Shown here: one piece after another, positions 8,872 through 18,081 of the stretch | Layout of the letters: the number at the start of each line of letters is the position of its first letter | Position numbering within the stretch: the first letter of the stretch is position 1 | From: a virus | IMG/VR virus record: IMGVR_UViG_3300050821_003884 | Span: 1 to 64,000 of that record | Direction: 5' to 3' (one strand) | Length of the DNA stretch: 64,000 nt | Notes under the pieces: model-generated | What the model saw: only the letters and a program-made list of their open reading frames with translations | Told to the model about the DNA's origin: nothing | Database searches by the model: none | Made by a program: the position numbers and the translations under genes

Positions 8872-10161
8872 ATGAACTTAGTCCAAATTAAAATCCCGGC
8901 GTGGCACCAATCGACAGAGTTTCTAACTTCGTGCCCGACTCTCTATGTCGAGTCCGTAATTAAATCCAGCCCGCAACCGGGCGGGATGGACTCTGCACGT
9001 GGGCGGCAGGTGCATGAAGTGGGCGCGAAGTACGTCCACTACTGCGCTCAGGAGCGTGTAGCTTCCGATCTGGCGGCATTTGACAGGTTCGCCGCCGGTG
9101 CCGGTCCCTTGGCGGCCCGCATTCTAGGTGGCATGCGGGATAGTTACAACGTTGACTACGAACATGTGCTGGCGACGGAGCTAACGCTGAGCCTTGACGG
9201 GGACTTCCAGCCTACTGATGTAGTTGAAGCGATTGCCGGAACCTGTGCAGACACAGGCAGGGAAACGAAAGTAGTCGGCACTTTAGACGCGCTGTACGCA
9301 TTCCCGGATATAGCCACGATGCGGATCGATGATTTAAAGACGCATCCGCATCCCTTCGATCCTGCCGACAAGCTGCAATCGAAAACCTATGCGTTGCTGG
9401 TCTTTATGCACTGGGCATGGGTCGAGAAGATTATTTTCCGCCTGATCTTCGTGCGCTACAGGAAGGTAGTTCGCGAAGTTGAATTTACCAGAGACATGAT
9501 CCCGGATTTGATCGCCGCGATCCGCGCAGCCCGCGACCGCCAGATAAAAATTCACACGGACTACGAAGCTGGCAACGAGATCGAAGCGCTGGCCGGGAAC
9601 CACTGTTACTACTGCCCATTGCTTAGTAACGCTAAGTGCCCGATTGCGAAGTACAACGCCAACATGCAGCTCACCATGCAGCAGCGGCTGAATTTTAATT
9701 TGTGGTACGGGCAGTTCAGTCGCGCCAACAACTTGGCCATGAAGACGTTTGTGCAGGAGCGGGGAAGGCCCATCGTGCTCAAAGACTACAACGGCAAAAG
9801 CTATATCTACGGCCCGGTGGAGAAGGAACAGGAAGTCTATCCGGTATTTAAATTCACTACCAACGGCATGGAACTTCGCGATCAGGTAAACCCGGTGCTG
9901 CCGATCATCGACTTACTGATTGACTATGCCGTCGATAACCCCGGCGACTCACTGTGGATGCGCAACGTAGTGATAAGTTCCACCAGCCTGAAGAAGTATC
10001 TCAAGACAAACAAGAGAGCCTTTTTAGATCAGGCCGTCGAAGACACGGTCGAGAAGGTTACCAAAACACCTTTACGTGTGTCGAAGCCGCTCGACGCCGT
10101 GCCGGAAGACGAGTTTGACGATGACGACGAAGGCGACTGGGAAGAGGAGGGTTACCTGTGA
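8872..10161 (+). CDS. PD-(D/E)XK exonuclease, RecB/Cas4-like
   Basis: GRQVHE, GTLDAL, IDDLKT, QxxxY, HCYYCP...C cluster. Confidence 0.8.
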   Translation: MNLVQIKIPAWHQSTEFLTSCPTLYVESVIKSSPQPGGMDSARGRQVHEVGAKYVHYCAQERVASDLAAFDRFAAGAGPLAARILGGMRDSYNVDYEHVLATELTLSLDGDFQPTDVVEAIAGTCADTGRETKVVGTLDALYAFPDIATMRIDDLKTHPHPFDPADKLQSKTYALLVFMHWAWVEKIIFRLIFVRYRKVVREVEFTRDMIPDLIAAIRAARDRQIKIHTDYEAGNEIEALAGNHCYYCPLLSNAKCPIAKYNANMQLTMQQRLNFNLWYGQFSRANNLAMKTFVQERGRPIVLKDYNGKSYIYGPVEKEQEVYPVFKFTTNGMELRDQVNPVLPIIDLLIDYAVDNPGDSLWMRNVVISSTSLKKYLKTNKRAFLDQAVEDTVEKVTKTPLRVSKPLDAVPEDEFDDDDEGDWEEEGYL

Positions 10162-10424
10162 TGACAGATCAGGCGTTTCTGATGCGGGCCACCGAGATCA
10201 CCGCAGAGGCTAGGCGGGCCATGGATATCCATCCCCCTATCAACACGGCGCACGAGGGGTACGCCGTCATCAAGGAAGAGCTGGATGAATTCTGGGAAGA
10301 AGTAAAGCTCAACCCAAACAAGCTGAGCGCAGCCGGACGGGCCGACAGGATTGACAGGATGCGCAAGGAGCTTACCCAGACAGCAGCCATGTGCCTGCGA
10401 ACGATGCTGGACTTAGAGCTTTAA
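10158..10424 (+). CDS. MazG-like NTP pyrophosphohydrolase-fold protein
   Basis: HEGYAVIKEELDEFWEEVK...KELTQTAAM acidic helix pattern. Confidence 0.65.
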   Translation: MMTDQAFLMRATEITAEARRAMDIHPPINTAHEGYAVIKEELDEFWEEVKLNPNKLSAAGRADRIDRMRKELTQTAAMCLRTMLDLEL

Positions 10425-10651
10425 ACCGTCGTAGTTGAGAGTACCAATGCGTGGGAGTGAACCAAAAGGCTGGAGAGTGCCAATAGACGAGAGTGAACCA
10501 TAACTGATGCGAGTACCAGTTCCAAGGTGTGAACCATAGTAGTTGCGAGCGCCAAGATCGGTGAGTGTACGACGAACCAATCCGAGGGAGAGCACCAAAG
10601 CATACGCGTGAACCATTTGAGCGGCGAGTACCAAAACGTGTGAGTGAACCA
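10424..10651 (+). repeat. TIGR-like guide-RNA array block 1 (about 6 units of 36 nt)
   Basis: Alternating GMGTGAACC / GMGAGYRCC with 9-nt variable spacers, e.g. gagagtacc-aatgcgtgg-gagtgaacc-aaaaggctg-gagagtgcc-aatagacga-gagtgaacc. Confidence 0.85.
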
Positions 10652-10685
10652 ATAAAAATCAGGCTTGAAGACTAGGAGAAATGTA

Positions 10686-11429
10686 ATGCAAACCATCACA
10701 AGTAATGGCACGGACGACACAGCCCAGATACAGGCTGCGCTCGATGGTGGCGATTCGGTCATCATCAGCGGTAAATGCCTTGTCACCCAGATCAAACTGC
10801 ACGACAGCCAGCACCTCAACGGGAGCGGCGGCATCCTGCAACAACTGCCTACAGCCAAGGGGCACATGATCACGCTGGCCAAGCCGGAGGCGCGGGACTG
10901 GCACATCCAGAATCTGAAGCTTCAGGGCAACTGGACGGGCGGGGAACCGACTTATACCAGCGCCATCGACCTGAACTTTGGGACGGATGGCAACACGCAT
11001 CGCGGGGTCATCCAGAACGTTATCGTGGATCGCTTTGGTGGCAACGGCATCGTGCTGGACAAGACGCCGGGAACAGGCGGCGCGGGCGACAATCTCATCG
11101 CGTCTTGTCAAGTCTACGGCTGTGCCCTACATGGCTTCGTCATCAACGTGGACGACTGCAACCTGACGCAGTGCATCTCCGGCCAGAACTGCATGGATGG
11201 CTACAAGATTTCCGGCTGGGCCACGCACATCCATAACTCCAAGGCGTACATGGGGCCGGTGGGCTTCGAATTTAAAAACACGCAGGGGAACGTGTGCATC
11301 GGGCTGGAGTTTCAAAAGACAAATGATGGTCCCCATCAGGTCGCCTTCCTCTGGAATGGCGCGGAGACAGACATCCCCACGCTGGAAGCAATGACCACAA
11401 GCAGGTTTGTAGGGCTAGTGAGTCAATGA
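10686..11429 (+). CDS. Right-handed beta-helix (pectate-lyase-like) protein
   Basis: GTDDTAQIQAALD N-terminal motif and repeated NxxI/NGI/HGF beta-helix turns. Confidence 0.75.
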   Translation: MQTITSNGTDDTAQIQAALDGGDSVIISGKCLVTQIKLHDSQHLNGSGGILQQLPTAKGHMITLAKPEARDWHIQNLKLQGNWTGGEPTYTSAIDLNFGTDGNTHRGVIQNVIVDRFGGNGIVLDKTPGTGGAGDNLIASCQVYGCALHGFVINVDDCNLTQCISGQNCMDGYKISGWATHIHNSKAYMGPVGFEFKNTQGNVCIGLEFQKTNDGPHQVAFLWNGAETDIPTLEAMTTSRFVGLVSQ

Positions 11430-11665
11430 CGGGCGGTAGCTGGTTCAGGTGGCGAAGGAGACTCCCATTGAGGACGTATCAGGTGTGCTTAAAAGACGGT
11501 AAGTCGGTAGAGGTTCAGGCCGACGACGTGGACTTGGATGTCGTTGGCGAGAACGGAAGCTCGACATTCTTCTGGAATTTCCAAACCGGGGACGACGACG
11601 ACAACATCACTGTGGCGGCGATCCCGTTCAACAATGTCAACCATATCGTGAGCCGACCGGGATGA
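11426..11665 (+). CDS. Hypothetical protein
   Basis: ATGA-coupled in operon. Confidence 0.55.
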   Translation: MTGGSWFRWRRRLPLRTYQVCLKDGKSVEVQADDVDLDVVGENGSSTFFWNFQTGDDDDNITVAAIPFNNVNHIVSRPG

Positions 11666-11946
11666 GCTTTCGCGACACGCTGGCGGAATTAAATCCGGAC
11701 GCGCTGTTCGCGGACGGGTTCGACGATGCCTACGTCGGCTTCATCGACAATCACTGGGCCGTGGGCCTGCCGGTAGCGGTGTACTCGCGACGCAAGTGCA
11801 TCAAGATTCTCATGCAGGACATGGGCGAAGAAGCGGCTGAAGAGTTCTTTGAGTTCAACGTTGCCGGGGCGTATGTAGGGCCGCATACGCCGCTCTTTCT
11901 CGTGGACAGGTGCGATGACGATGACAGTGACGTATTTCCAAGTTGA
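11662..11946 (+). CDS. Conserved phage hypothetical protein
   Basis: ADGFDDAYVG...AVYS...EEFFEFNVAGAYVGPHTP, a widespread small phage family from recall. Confidence 0.7.
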   Translation: MSFRDTLAELNPDALFADGFDDAYVGFIDNHWAVGLPVAVYSRRKCIKILMQDMGEEAAEEFFEFNVAGAYVGPHTPLFLVDRCDDDDSDVFPS

Positions 11947-12130
11947 ATTTTATTCCAAGCTGGATAACCGCTGGGTGCCGCTCGGCGGCAGGGAGAAGAC
12001 GGAGGCCGAAGCATGGGAGATGTACGAGACGCTGCGCCCAGCTCATCGGCGACGCATCGTCAAGGTGACGCAGACGACGGAGGTGATTATGCAGATGAGC
12101 GAAGCAGGAGTCGAAGCATGGCCGCGATGA
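11915..12130 (+). CDS. Hypothetical protein
   Basis: Fills operon gap, coupled to next gene. Confidence 0.5.
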   Translation: MTMTVTYFQVEFYSKLDNRWVPLGGREKTEAEAWEMYETLRPAHRRRIVKVTQTTEVIMQMSEAGVEAWPR

Positions 12131-12699
12131 CGCATGGCGAACTGGTAAAACGCGCCGTGCGCTGGCTGACAAGTACACAGCGTTGCGGCGTGGTGCTGGC
12201 CGAGATCAGCACCGTCGCGCATGAGAATCCGGACGCGATTGGCTGGCAGGCGCATAAGTCGATTCTGGTGGAGTGCAAGACCAGCCGCTCCGACTTTCTT
12301 GGGCAACGGGACAAACCCTGCGTCAGGGCCAACTGTCTGGTAGGCAACGAGCGCTACTACCTGTGCGAAGCCTATGTTATCCGGCCTGAAGATGTGGATG
12401 ATACCGGCTTCGGCCTGCTGTGGGTGGACGGCGATTACGTCAGGATACGCTCGAAAGCCCAGTTCCGCTCGCTGTCGCCGTCGGAGTATCAGGACGAGCG
12501 GACCATGCTGGTGTCAGCGCTGCGCCGCATTAAATTACGGGAGTTTCTGGTGATCGCCCCACCAGAGAGTGAACCAATGCAATTGCGAGTACCAGAGCAA
12601 GAGAGTGAACCACGAAATCCGGGAGTACCAAAGGTGGCGAGTGAACCAATTAAGTCTGGGGAGCACCAATCCAAGGGAGTTAACCACGAGTGCCAATGA
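12127..12699 (+). CDS. MmcB-like PD-(D/E)XK nuclease-fold protein; C-terminus encoded by array
   Basis: ENPDAIGW...ILVECKTSRSDFL...GNERYYLC...GLLWV. Confidence 0.7.
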   Translation: MTHGELVKRAVRWLTSTQRCGVVLAEISTVAHENPDAIGWQAHKSILVECKTSRSDFLGQRDKPCVRANCLVGNERYYLCEAYVIRPEDVDDTGFGLLWVDGDYVRIRSKAQFRSLSPSEYQDERTMLVSALRRIKLREFLVIAPPESEPMQLRVPEQESEPRNPGVPKVASEPIKSGEHQSKGVNHECQ

Positions 12700-12780
12700 A
12701 ACGCGTGAACCAAAATGGTAGCGAGTGCCAACTAAGTGCGTGAACCATGAATCTTGTGAGCACCATAGAAGCAGAGTGAA
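12567..12780 (+). repeat. TIGR-like guide-RNA array block 2 (about 6 units)
   Basis: gagtgaacc-aatgcaatt-gcgagtacc-agagcaaga-gagtgaacc-acgaaatcc-gggagtacc...; ends GAGTGAA 5 nt before next ATG. Confidence 0.85.
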
Positions 12781-12785
12781 TAACT

Positions 12786-14726
12786 ATGAAAGTAGCCAAA
12801 TTACACTTGGAAAATTTCCGCATTCACAAGGATTCGGTACTGTCCTTCGGCGACAGCTCGTTCGTGGTGATTCGCGGACGCAACGCTGCCGGTAAGTCCA
12901 CCATCGGGCAGGGACTTTCCATGTGCCTCACGCCATCGACCAGCGGCCTCGATCCGCGAGGCCAAGGATTTATTTCGAAGATCAAGCGCGGCGCATCGAA
13001 GGCCGTTCTCACGGCGGACCTGCAAACCAAGCACCACCTCATCCAGCGCACGGTTACGCTGAACACCAGCGCTTCCGGGCGCACACAGAAAACGGTTTGC
13101 CTGAGTGATCCCACGTGGAAGCCGACGCGCTTCGATCAGGAGCTGGAGAAGCAGCGGGCCGCGCTGACGGTAGTCCTGAATACGGATGCCTTTCTGCGCA
13201 TGGACGAAAAGGAACAGAAGAACCTGCTGGCCTCCCTTGCACTTCCCAGCCGCTACGACTTCGCTCCGCTGGTCGTGGCGGAGGTAGAGACGATATTGGG
13301 GCGGGGAACCGTCAACTTTGAAGGCGAGCCATTCGCTGCGATCAATCAGGCATACAAGAAGCTCTTTGACGAAAGGCAGATCGTCAACCGGCAGGTAAAG
13401 GAATTCGCCATCCCGGATGAGCTGCCGATCCCGCCGGACGTGGACTCCGCTTCGATACAGGATCAGCTCGCATCGCTGCGGGCAAGGCGCAGGGAGCTAC
13501 AGCAGGAGCGCGATCAGGCCGTTGCTGTAGCGAACAAGGAAGAGCTGTCCCGCGTTCGCGCCAAGGAAAGGATCGACGAGGCGCTCAACGCTGAACAGCG
13601 GCGCAGGAAAGCCATCGCGGACAAGCTGCTCAAGGATGGCCAGTTGGAATACCTGCGCAAGGTTGCAGCCGGGAAGCCGGAACTGGACAGGCTGGTGGCT
13701 GAACGTGCGGCCTGTGTACGCACGCGTGAGCACAACGCCACCCAGCTCAAAGGGCTGGAAGGGATACCGTGGGGCGCGAAGGCGTGTCCGACGTGCGAAC
13801 AGCCGGTCGATCCGGAGAAATTAAAAGCGCTGGGCGAAAAGCTGAGGGGCTGGGTCCGAGACACGGAAACATCTCTGGGCATGATGGATCAAAAAATCAA
13901 AGCGCTGGGAGACGTGGCCGGGGCCGTCGAGGCCATCGCCGTCCATGAAGAAGCGCGTAAGAAGCTGGAGGAATTCGACGCGCAGTCGGATCAGCGGCAG
14001 AAGCAGATTGACGAGGCGCGGAAGGATGTGCCGGGGCCGACGCACTTCGATTTCTCGCCCTTCAACGAAAGTATGGGCGACTGCGACGCTGAGATCGAGC
14101 GGCTGTCGAACCTGCTGCGCCCGGTGATCGTGGCCGAAGAGCGCAGGAAGGAAGTCGAGGTCAAGCGCGGCCAGCTCGCGGCCCTCAAAGAAAAAGCCAT
14201 GGTGCTGGACCAGCTCGTGAAGTACTTCGACAAGGACGGAATCAAGGCCAAGCTGCTGGGTGAGTACATCGGCGGCTTTGAGCACAGGCTGAATGAAGTG
14301 CTGAACGCGTGGGGATATTCCTGCGCGTTGTCGATTGAGCCGTACAGCTTCGACGTAACGACGGCCCGTGAAGACGTGATCCCGCTGCGCGAACTCTCCG
14401 GTGCGGAGCGGGTAATGTTCTCGCTGGCCTTCCAGTGCGCGGTGTCAAGGACGGCAAACATCGGCATCGTAGTAATCGACGAAGTGGCAACACTGCTGCC
14501 GGAACTGCGCACGACGATGTACAGGCAGCTCCATGGAATGGTCCGGGACGGCTATCTGGATCAGGTCATCATGCTGGTCGCGGATACCTCGGAAGAACTC
14601 CCCAGCAAGCCGCTGGCGGGTAGCGCGTTCTTTATGGTGGACGGCGGCGCGGTGTACCCACTCTCAAACAGCTTTCCACGAAAGGAGCCTACCAGTGAAC
14701 GAACAGCAGAAAGAAGTATCGCCTGA
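12786..14726 (+). CDS. SbcC/Rad50-like SMC ATPase
   Basis: Walker A GRNAAGKS, long coiled coil with CPTC Zn hook, signature LSGAE, Walker B VVIDE. Confidence 0.9.
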   Translation: MKVAKLHLENFRIHKDSVLSFGDSSFVVIRGRNAAGKSTIGQGLSMCLTPSTSGLDPRGQGFISKIKRGASKAVLTADLQTKHHLIQRTVTLNTSASGRTQKTVCLSDPTWKPTRFDQELEKQRAALTVVLNTDAFLRMDEKEQKNLLASLALPSRYDFAPLVVAEVETILGRGTVNFEGEPFAAINQAYKKLFDERQIVNRQVKEFAIPDELPIPPDVDSASIQDQLASLRARRRELQQERDQAVAVANKEELSRVRAKERIDEALNAEQRRRKAIADKLLKDGQLEYLRKVAAGKPELDRLVAERAACVRTREHNATQLKGLEGIPWGAKACPTCEQPVDPEKLKALGEKLRGWVRDTETSLGMMDQKIKALGDVAGAVEAIAVHEEARKKLEEFDAQSDQRQKQIDEARKDVPGPTHFDFSPFNESMGDCDAEIERLSNLLRPVIVAEERRKEVEVKRGQLAALKEKAMVLDQLVKYFDKDGIKAKLLGEYIGGFEHRLNEVLNAWGYSCALSIEPYSFDVTTAREDVIPLRELSGAERVMFSLAFQCAVSRTANIGIVVIDEVATLLPELRTTMYRQLHGMVRDGYLDQVIMLVADTSEELPSKPLAGSAFFMVDGGAVYPLSNSFPRKEPTSERTAERSIA

Positions 14727-14831
14727 CGAGCCTGTATCGCCAGCAGTGCCAACCCCAACCCCGGAGCCAGCGCCGGAGCCGACACCGACACCAGCCCCGC
14801 AACCGGAACCAGAGAAGACAGTCACCGTCCC

Positions 14832-15098
14832 GTGATCGGCGCAAGCTTCTGGCTTCACCAAAACTGCGCACGCCATCCATCGATCTCGGGTGGCGTCGTA
14901 GTTCTGCTGCGCTACCTGAACGCGTGGCTGGCGGAGCGGAAGCAGGGAAGCTGCACTCTGGAAGAATTCGAAATCGTGCTGGCAGACGTAAACCTGAGCA
15001 TCGTGAACGTGGCCGGGACACTGCTGGTGCCCGGTCTGGGACTCAAGGAAGACGTAAAGTATCTCATGCGGCGAAGCAGGAAAGCGAAGCGGAAATAA
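14832..15098 (+). CDS. Hypothetical protein
   Basis: Operon position. Confidence 0.5.
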   Translation: MIGASFWLHQNCARHPSISGGVVVLLRYLNAWLAERKQGSCTLEEFEIVLADVNLSIVNVAGTLLVPGLGLKEDVKYLMRRSRKAKRK

Positions 15099-15614
15099 GT
15101 GCGGCGCAAACCCATCGGCGCGGGGATTTTATTTCAAGACACGGTTCAATCTGTGTTCACGCGTCTCACCGGGCAAACCTTCGACAATATGCTGGCGCGG
15201 GTGAAGCGCAAAGGATTCTACGGCCTTCCCTTCGACAAGGACCAGTTCAGGGAACACGTGCTCAGCGCCATGGGCGGCACCTACGATGGCTTCTTTCGCT
15301 GCCGGTACTGTAGAGGCTTCTTCGCGCTGGAACAGGTCGCTGTCGATCACGCCATCCCGCTGAGCCGGGGCGGGGGAGTGGAACTGGATAATCTGGAGTA
15401 CCCCTGCAAGGCCGATAACAACAGGAAGGGCAGCCTCACTCCGGAAGAGTACTTCCTGCTGCTGGAGTTTCTTGACAGCCGGATTCCGCTGGCTAAGACG
15501 GACGTGCTGCAACGGCTGGAGATCAGTATCAAGCTGGCGGCGGCGGATCGGCAGCGGAAGGCGATGGAGAAAAAGGCAGCAGCCGTGGTTTCCGGACTGC
15601 CGCCTTCTTTGTGA
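15099..15614 (+). CDS. HNH endonuclease
   Basis: CRYC...VDHAIPLSRGG...NLEYPCKADNNRKG. Confidence 0.85.
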   Translation: MRRKPIGAGILFQDTVQSVFTRLTGQTFDNMLARVKRKGFYGLPFDKDQFREHVLSAMGGTYDGFFRCRYCRGFFALEQVAVDHAIPLSRGGGVELDNLEYPCKADNNRKGSLTPEEYFLLLEFLDSRIPLAKTDVLQRLEISIKLAAADRQRKAMEKKAAAVVSGLPPSL

Positions 15615-15615
15615 T

Positions 15616-16170
15616 CTATTTCGTTGGTGACGGTGTAGGAACAGGGTTCTGCGAAGCTTCCGGTGGCGGGACTTCGATGACTGTGTAGCGCCAGCCCACC
15701 CCGATGATCCAGACAAGGACGGCGGCGGTTCCAGCAGGCACGCTGGGCGGGAGCGGAGGCCAGATGGTTCCGGGCGTCGGAGGATTAGCCGGAAGGTGCC
15801 CTGCTACGGGCGGCAGGGGATTCGGCAGCCCCTGATCCGGGCCGATGGGCAGGTAGATCGGCTGCCCCGGTGCCAGTCCAGCATCTAGACCCCAATCAGG
15901 ATCGACAGGTGTAGGCGGCCAAGGACGCGGGGGCCACGGTAGGGGCGGCCACGGACGTGGGGGCCAATGGATAGGCGGCCATGGACGTGGGGGAAGGCTG
16001 TATATGGGATGGCTGGGATGGCCGGAATGGCCGGGTAGGCTCTGATCGGGTGCGCCGGGTGATCCGGATGGCAGGCCCTGATCGGGGTATTCGGGCTGTC
16101 CGGGCAGGCCCTGATCGGGATACTCGCCCCCGGTTCTGGGATCAATGAATTTAATAACTGCAAGTGGCAT
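15616..16170 (-). CDS. Proline-rich repeat protein
   Basis: GAAGGAG SD; PDQGLP and WPPRP repeats; hydrophobic C-terminal LVWIIGVGWRY. Confidence 0.7.
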   Translation of the reverse strand: MPLAVIKFIDPRTGGEYPDQGLPGQPEYPDQGLPSGSPGAPDQSLPGHSGHPSHPIYSLPPRPWPPIHWPPRPWPPLPWPPRPWPPTPVDPDWGLDAGLAPGQPIYLPIGPDQGLPNPLPPVAGHLPANPPTPGTIWPPLPPSVPAGTAAVLVWIIGVGWRYTVIEVPPPEASQNPVPTPSPTK

Positions 16171-16252
16171 TTGTGTATCTCCTTCCGCCGTTGAGTATAG
16201 CGAGGCAAAAGGACACTTATGTGACTTATCTGTGAATTGCCGGGGAGTTATA

Positions 16253-16270
16253 TGATGATGATCATCATCA
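16253..16270. promoter_or_regulatory. Palindromic operator-like site A (copy 3)
   Basis: TGATGATGATCATCATCA, palindrome extends to 24 bp. Confidence 0.7.
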
Positions 16271-16291
16271 TATGCAAATAAGTTACTGACA

Positions 16292-16319
16292 ATAAAAATA
16301 GGCGGCGTGTTCCGCCGCC
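16292..16319 (-). terminator. Intrinsic terminator ending the leftward early region
   Basis: GGCGGCG-gaaca-CGCCGCC followed by T-rich tract on minus strand. Confidence 0.6.
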
Positions 16320-16360
16320 AATCCATTTACAAATCCAGTGGCTATTCTACTACCTCTGGC

Positions 16361-16558
16361 TCAGTGCTTTTTCTTCATGCTGTCCACTAGGTCGGCAGCC
16401 CGGTTTAACTCTATTGCAAGCTGTCTGGCTGCATCTGTGCCGATAGCCCAGTAGCCTTCTGCATCCTGTCCGATGTCGATGTAAACGCTCGGCTCGTCGC
16501 TGCCCTCATTCCCGCCTACGCTAACGCCGATTGGTAGATTATTCTTGTCCATGGCCAT
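16361..16558 (-). CDS. Hypothetical protein
   Basis: GAGGGGG SD before MAMDK. Confidence 0.5.
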   Translation of the reverse strand: MAMDKNNLPIGVSVGGNEGSDEPSVYIDIGQDAEGYWAIGTDAARQLAIELNRAADLVDSMKKKH

Positions 16559-16919
16559 GCCCCCCTCGATCATGCAGGTACGCCTGATAGCGTGCTGTTC
16601 TCGCTTTAGTTTGATCGTCGATCTCCAAATCGATTGGACCCTCGTACTCTGCAATCCAGTCCGTATGGTAGTCTTTGCCGCGAGTCTCAACTCCGACCGC
16701 GATTATCTTTCGCATCTTGATGCGCTTCATATATTTGCGCAAAAAGACGAAGCCCGGAAAGTATCGGTTGCCGCCGAGTCGGTCCAGCCCGTTTCTGGGA
16801 AGATCGGGGTGCAGCCACTCACGAACCACCAAGCTCTCGTTGCTCTTTAGCTGCTTGTCGAGTTCTTCCGGACTGCTGAGGATTGCTTTATTTAATTCGT
16901 CCCATTCCATTTTTTCCAT
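16539..16919 (-). CDS. Hypothetical protein
   Basis: Follows resolvase in operon. Confidence 0.5.
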   Translation of the reverse strand: MEKMEWDELNKAILSSPEELDKQLKSNESLVVREWLHPDLPRNGLDRLGGNRYFPGFVFLRKYMKRIKMRKIIAVGVETRGKDYHTDWIAEYEGPIDLEIDDQTKARTARYQAYLHDRGGHGHGQE

Positions 16920-16922
16920 TGC

Positions 16923-17585
16923 CTATACCGCCTCCATGCGGCGGATGATTTTCGCGACCGTGGTGCCGCGCCACGGCAAACCGGAGCGGCTCTTGTAGCC
17001 GCAGGCATTCAGGTCTTCTGCGATCTTCTTGGGAGTGGCTCCAGTCCCACGCCATTCACGAATCTGTTCCAGCGTGCTGGCCTCGGACGGCTTCTCTCCA
17101 AAAGCGTGACGACCTTCAGCCTTGCCGTGTTTTAATTTCTTGCGCCCTCGGGCGGCACGCAGCTTCTGCACGATCATGACGCGGTCATACTCGGCGATTG
17201 CGCCCATGATCTGGCGCATCAGCTTGCGGCTGGGATCGTCGCTGCACAGGTCCGGCTCATACACTGAGATCAGCGTAAAGCCGCGCTTGCGCAGGTCGGC
17301 GATGATGGTTTCCTGCACCATCAGGTCACGCGCCAGACGGTCAAGTTTCTCGATCAGGATGGTCTTGATGCCATTCTCTTCCAGAGCCGCCAGCAGGGAT
17401 GCCAGCGCAGGACGGTCATCCAGTTCCTTAGTGCCGGATATGGCCTCTTCGCGAAACACCTCGGCAATCTCAAAGGCGTTGTCCGCAGCGTACTTCTCAC
17501 AGGCGAGTATCTGGCGATCAAATCCATCGCCTTCCACCTGTGCGCGTCCAGATACGCGTAAATATGCAAATGCTTTTACTACCAC
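16923..17585 (-). CDS. Serine recombinase (resolvase/invertase family)
   Basis: AYLRVS (catalytic S), EAISG, RPAL, LDRLAR; C-terminal DNA-binding segment. Confidence 0.92.
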   Translation of the reverse strand: MVVKAFAYLRVSGRAQVEGDGFDRQILACEKYAADNAFEIAEVFREEAISGTKELDDRPALASLLAALEENGIKTILIEKLDRLARDLMVQETIIADLRKRGFTLISVYEPDLCSDDPSRKLMRQIMGAIAEYDRVMIVQKLRAARGRKKLKHGKAEGRHAFGEKPSEASTLEQIREWRGTGATPKKIAEDLNACGYKSRSGLPWRGTTVAKIIRRMEAV

Positions 17586-17616
17586 TTACCCCTCCCGGTA
17601 ATTTAATTTACTGCTG

Positions 17617-18081
17617 CTACTTTCGCCGTCCGCTGACCCTGCGCCGGGGAATAGGTTTTAATCCCGGATCGCTACCGCCCAACAGAGCCAACCTGCGTGA
17701 CGCCTCCCACTCGATTAAGGTCTTTAGAGCCTTACGCACCAAGGCGCTCTTTTCCTGAATACCGGTGTACTCCTGCGCCTGCTTAATTAGTTTGTCGTCT
17801 AATGTCAGTGTCGTTCGCATGTCTCCTCCTGTAAGGTCGTCCTCTGACATCTCTTTCACCATTTCGGAAGTAATGGTCCGACCCGTGGCCTTCATGACAA
17901 GGAAGCCGTACTTGTCCCGTTTCAGTCTGGACGACGCGCTCAGCGGCGGCTCTGGTGCCTGTTCGGCCTTGCGGATCAGCTCGCTGACGGCGCTGCCCAG
18001 CTTGATACCCTTGGCGTCGGCGTAATATGACGCGATCTTCAGGGCGTCGTTGTCGATATGGAGATTCGTTCGTGTTCTCAT
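17617..18081 (-). CDS. vapB: Two RHH antitoxin-like domains in one frame; second VapB-like unit has its own SD/ATG at 17820
   Basis: MRTRTNLHIDNDAL...GSAVSELIR, then AGGAGG-MRTTLTLDDKLIKQAQEYTG...RRLALLGGSDP. Confidence 0.7.
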   Translation of the reverse strand: MRTRTNLHIDNDALKIASYYADAKGIKLGSAVSELIRKAEQAPEPPLSASSRLKRDKYGFLVMKATGRTITSEMVKEMSEDDLTGGDMRTTLTLDDKLIKQAQEYTGIQEKSALVRKALKTLIEWEASRRLALLGGSDPGLKPIPRRRVSGRRK

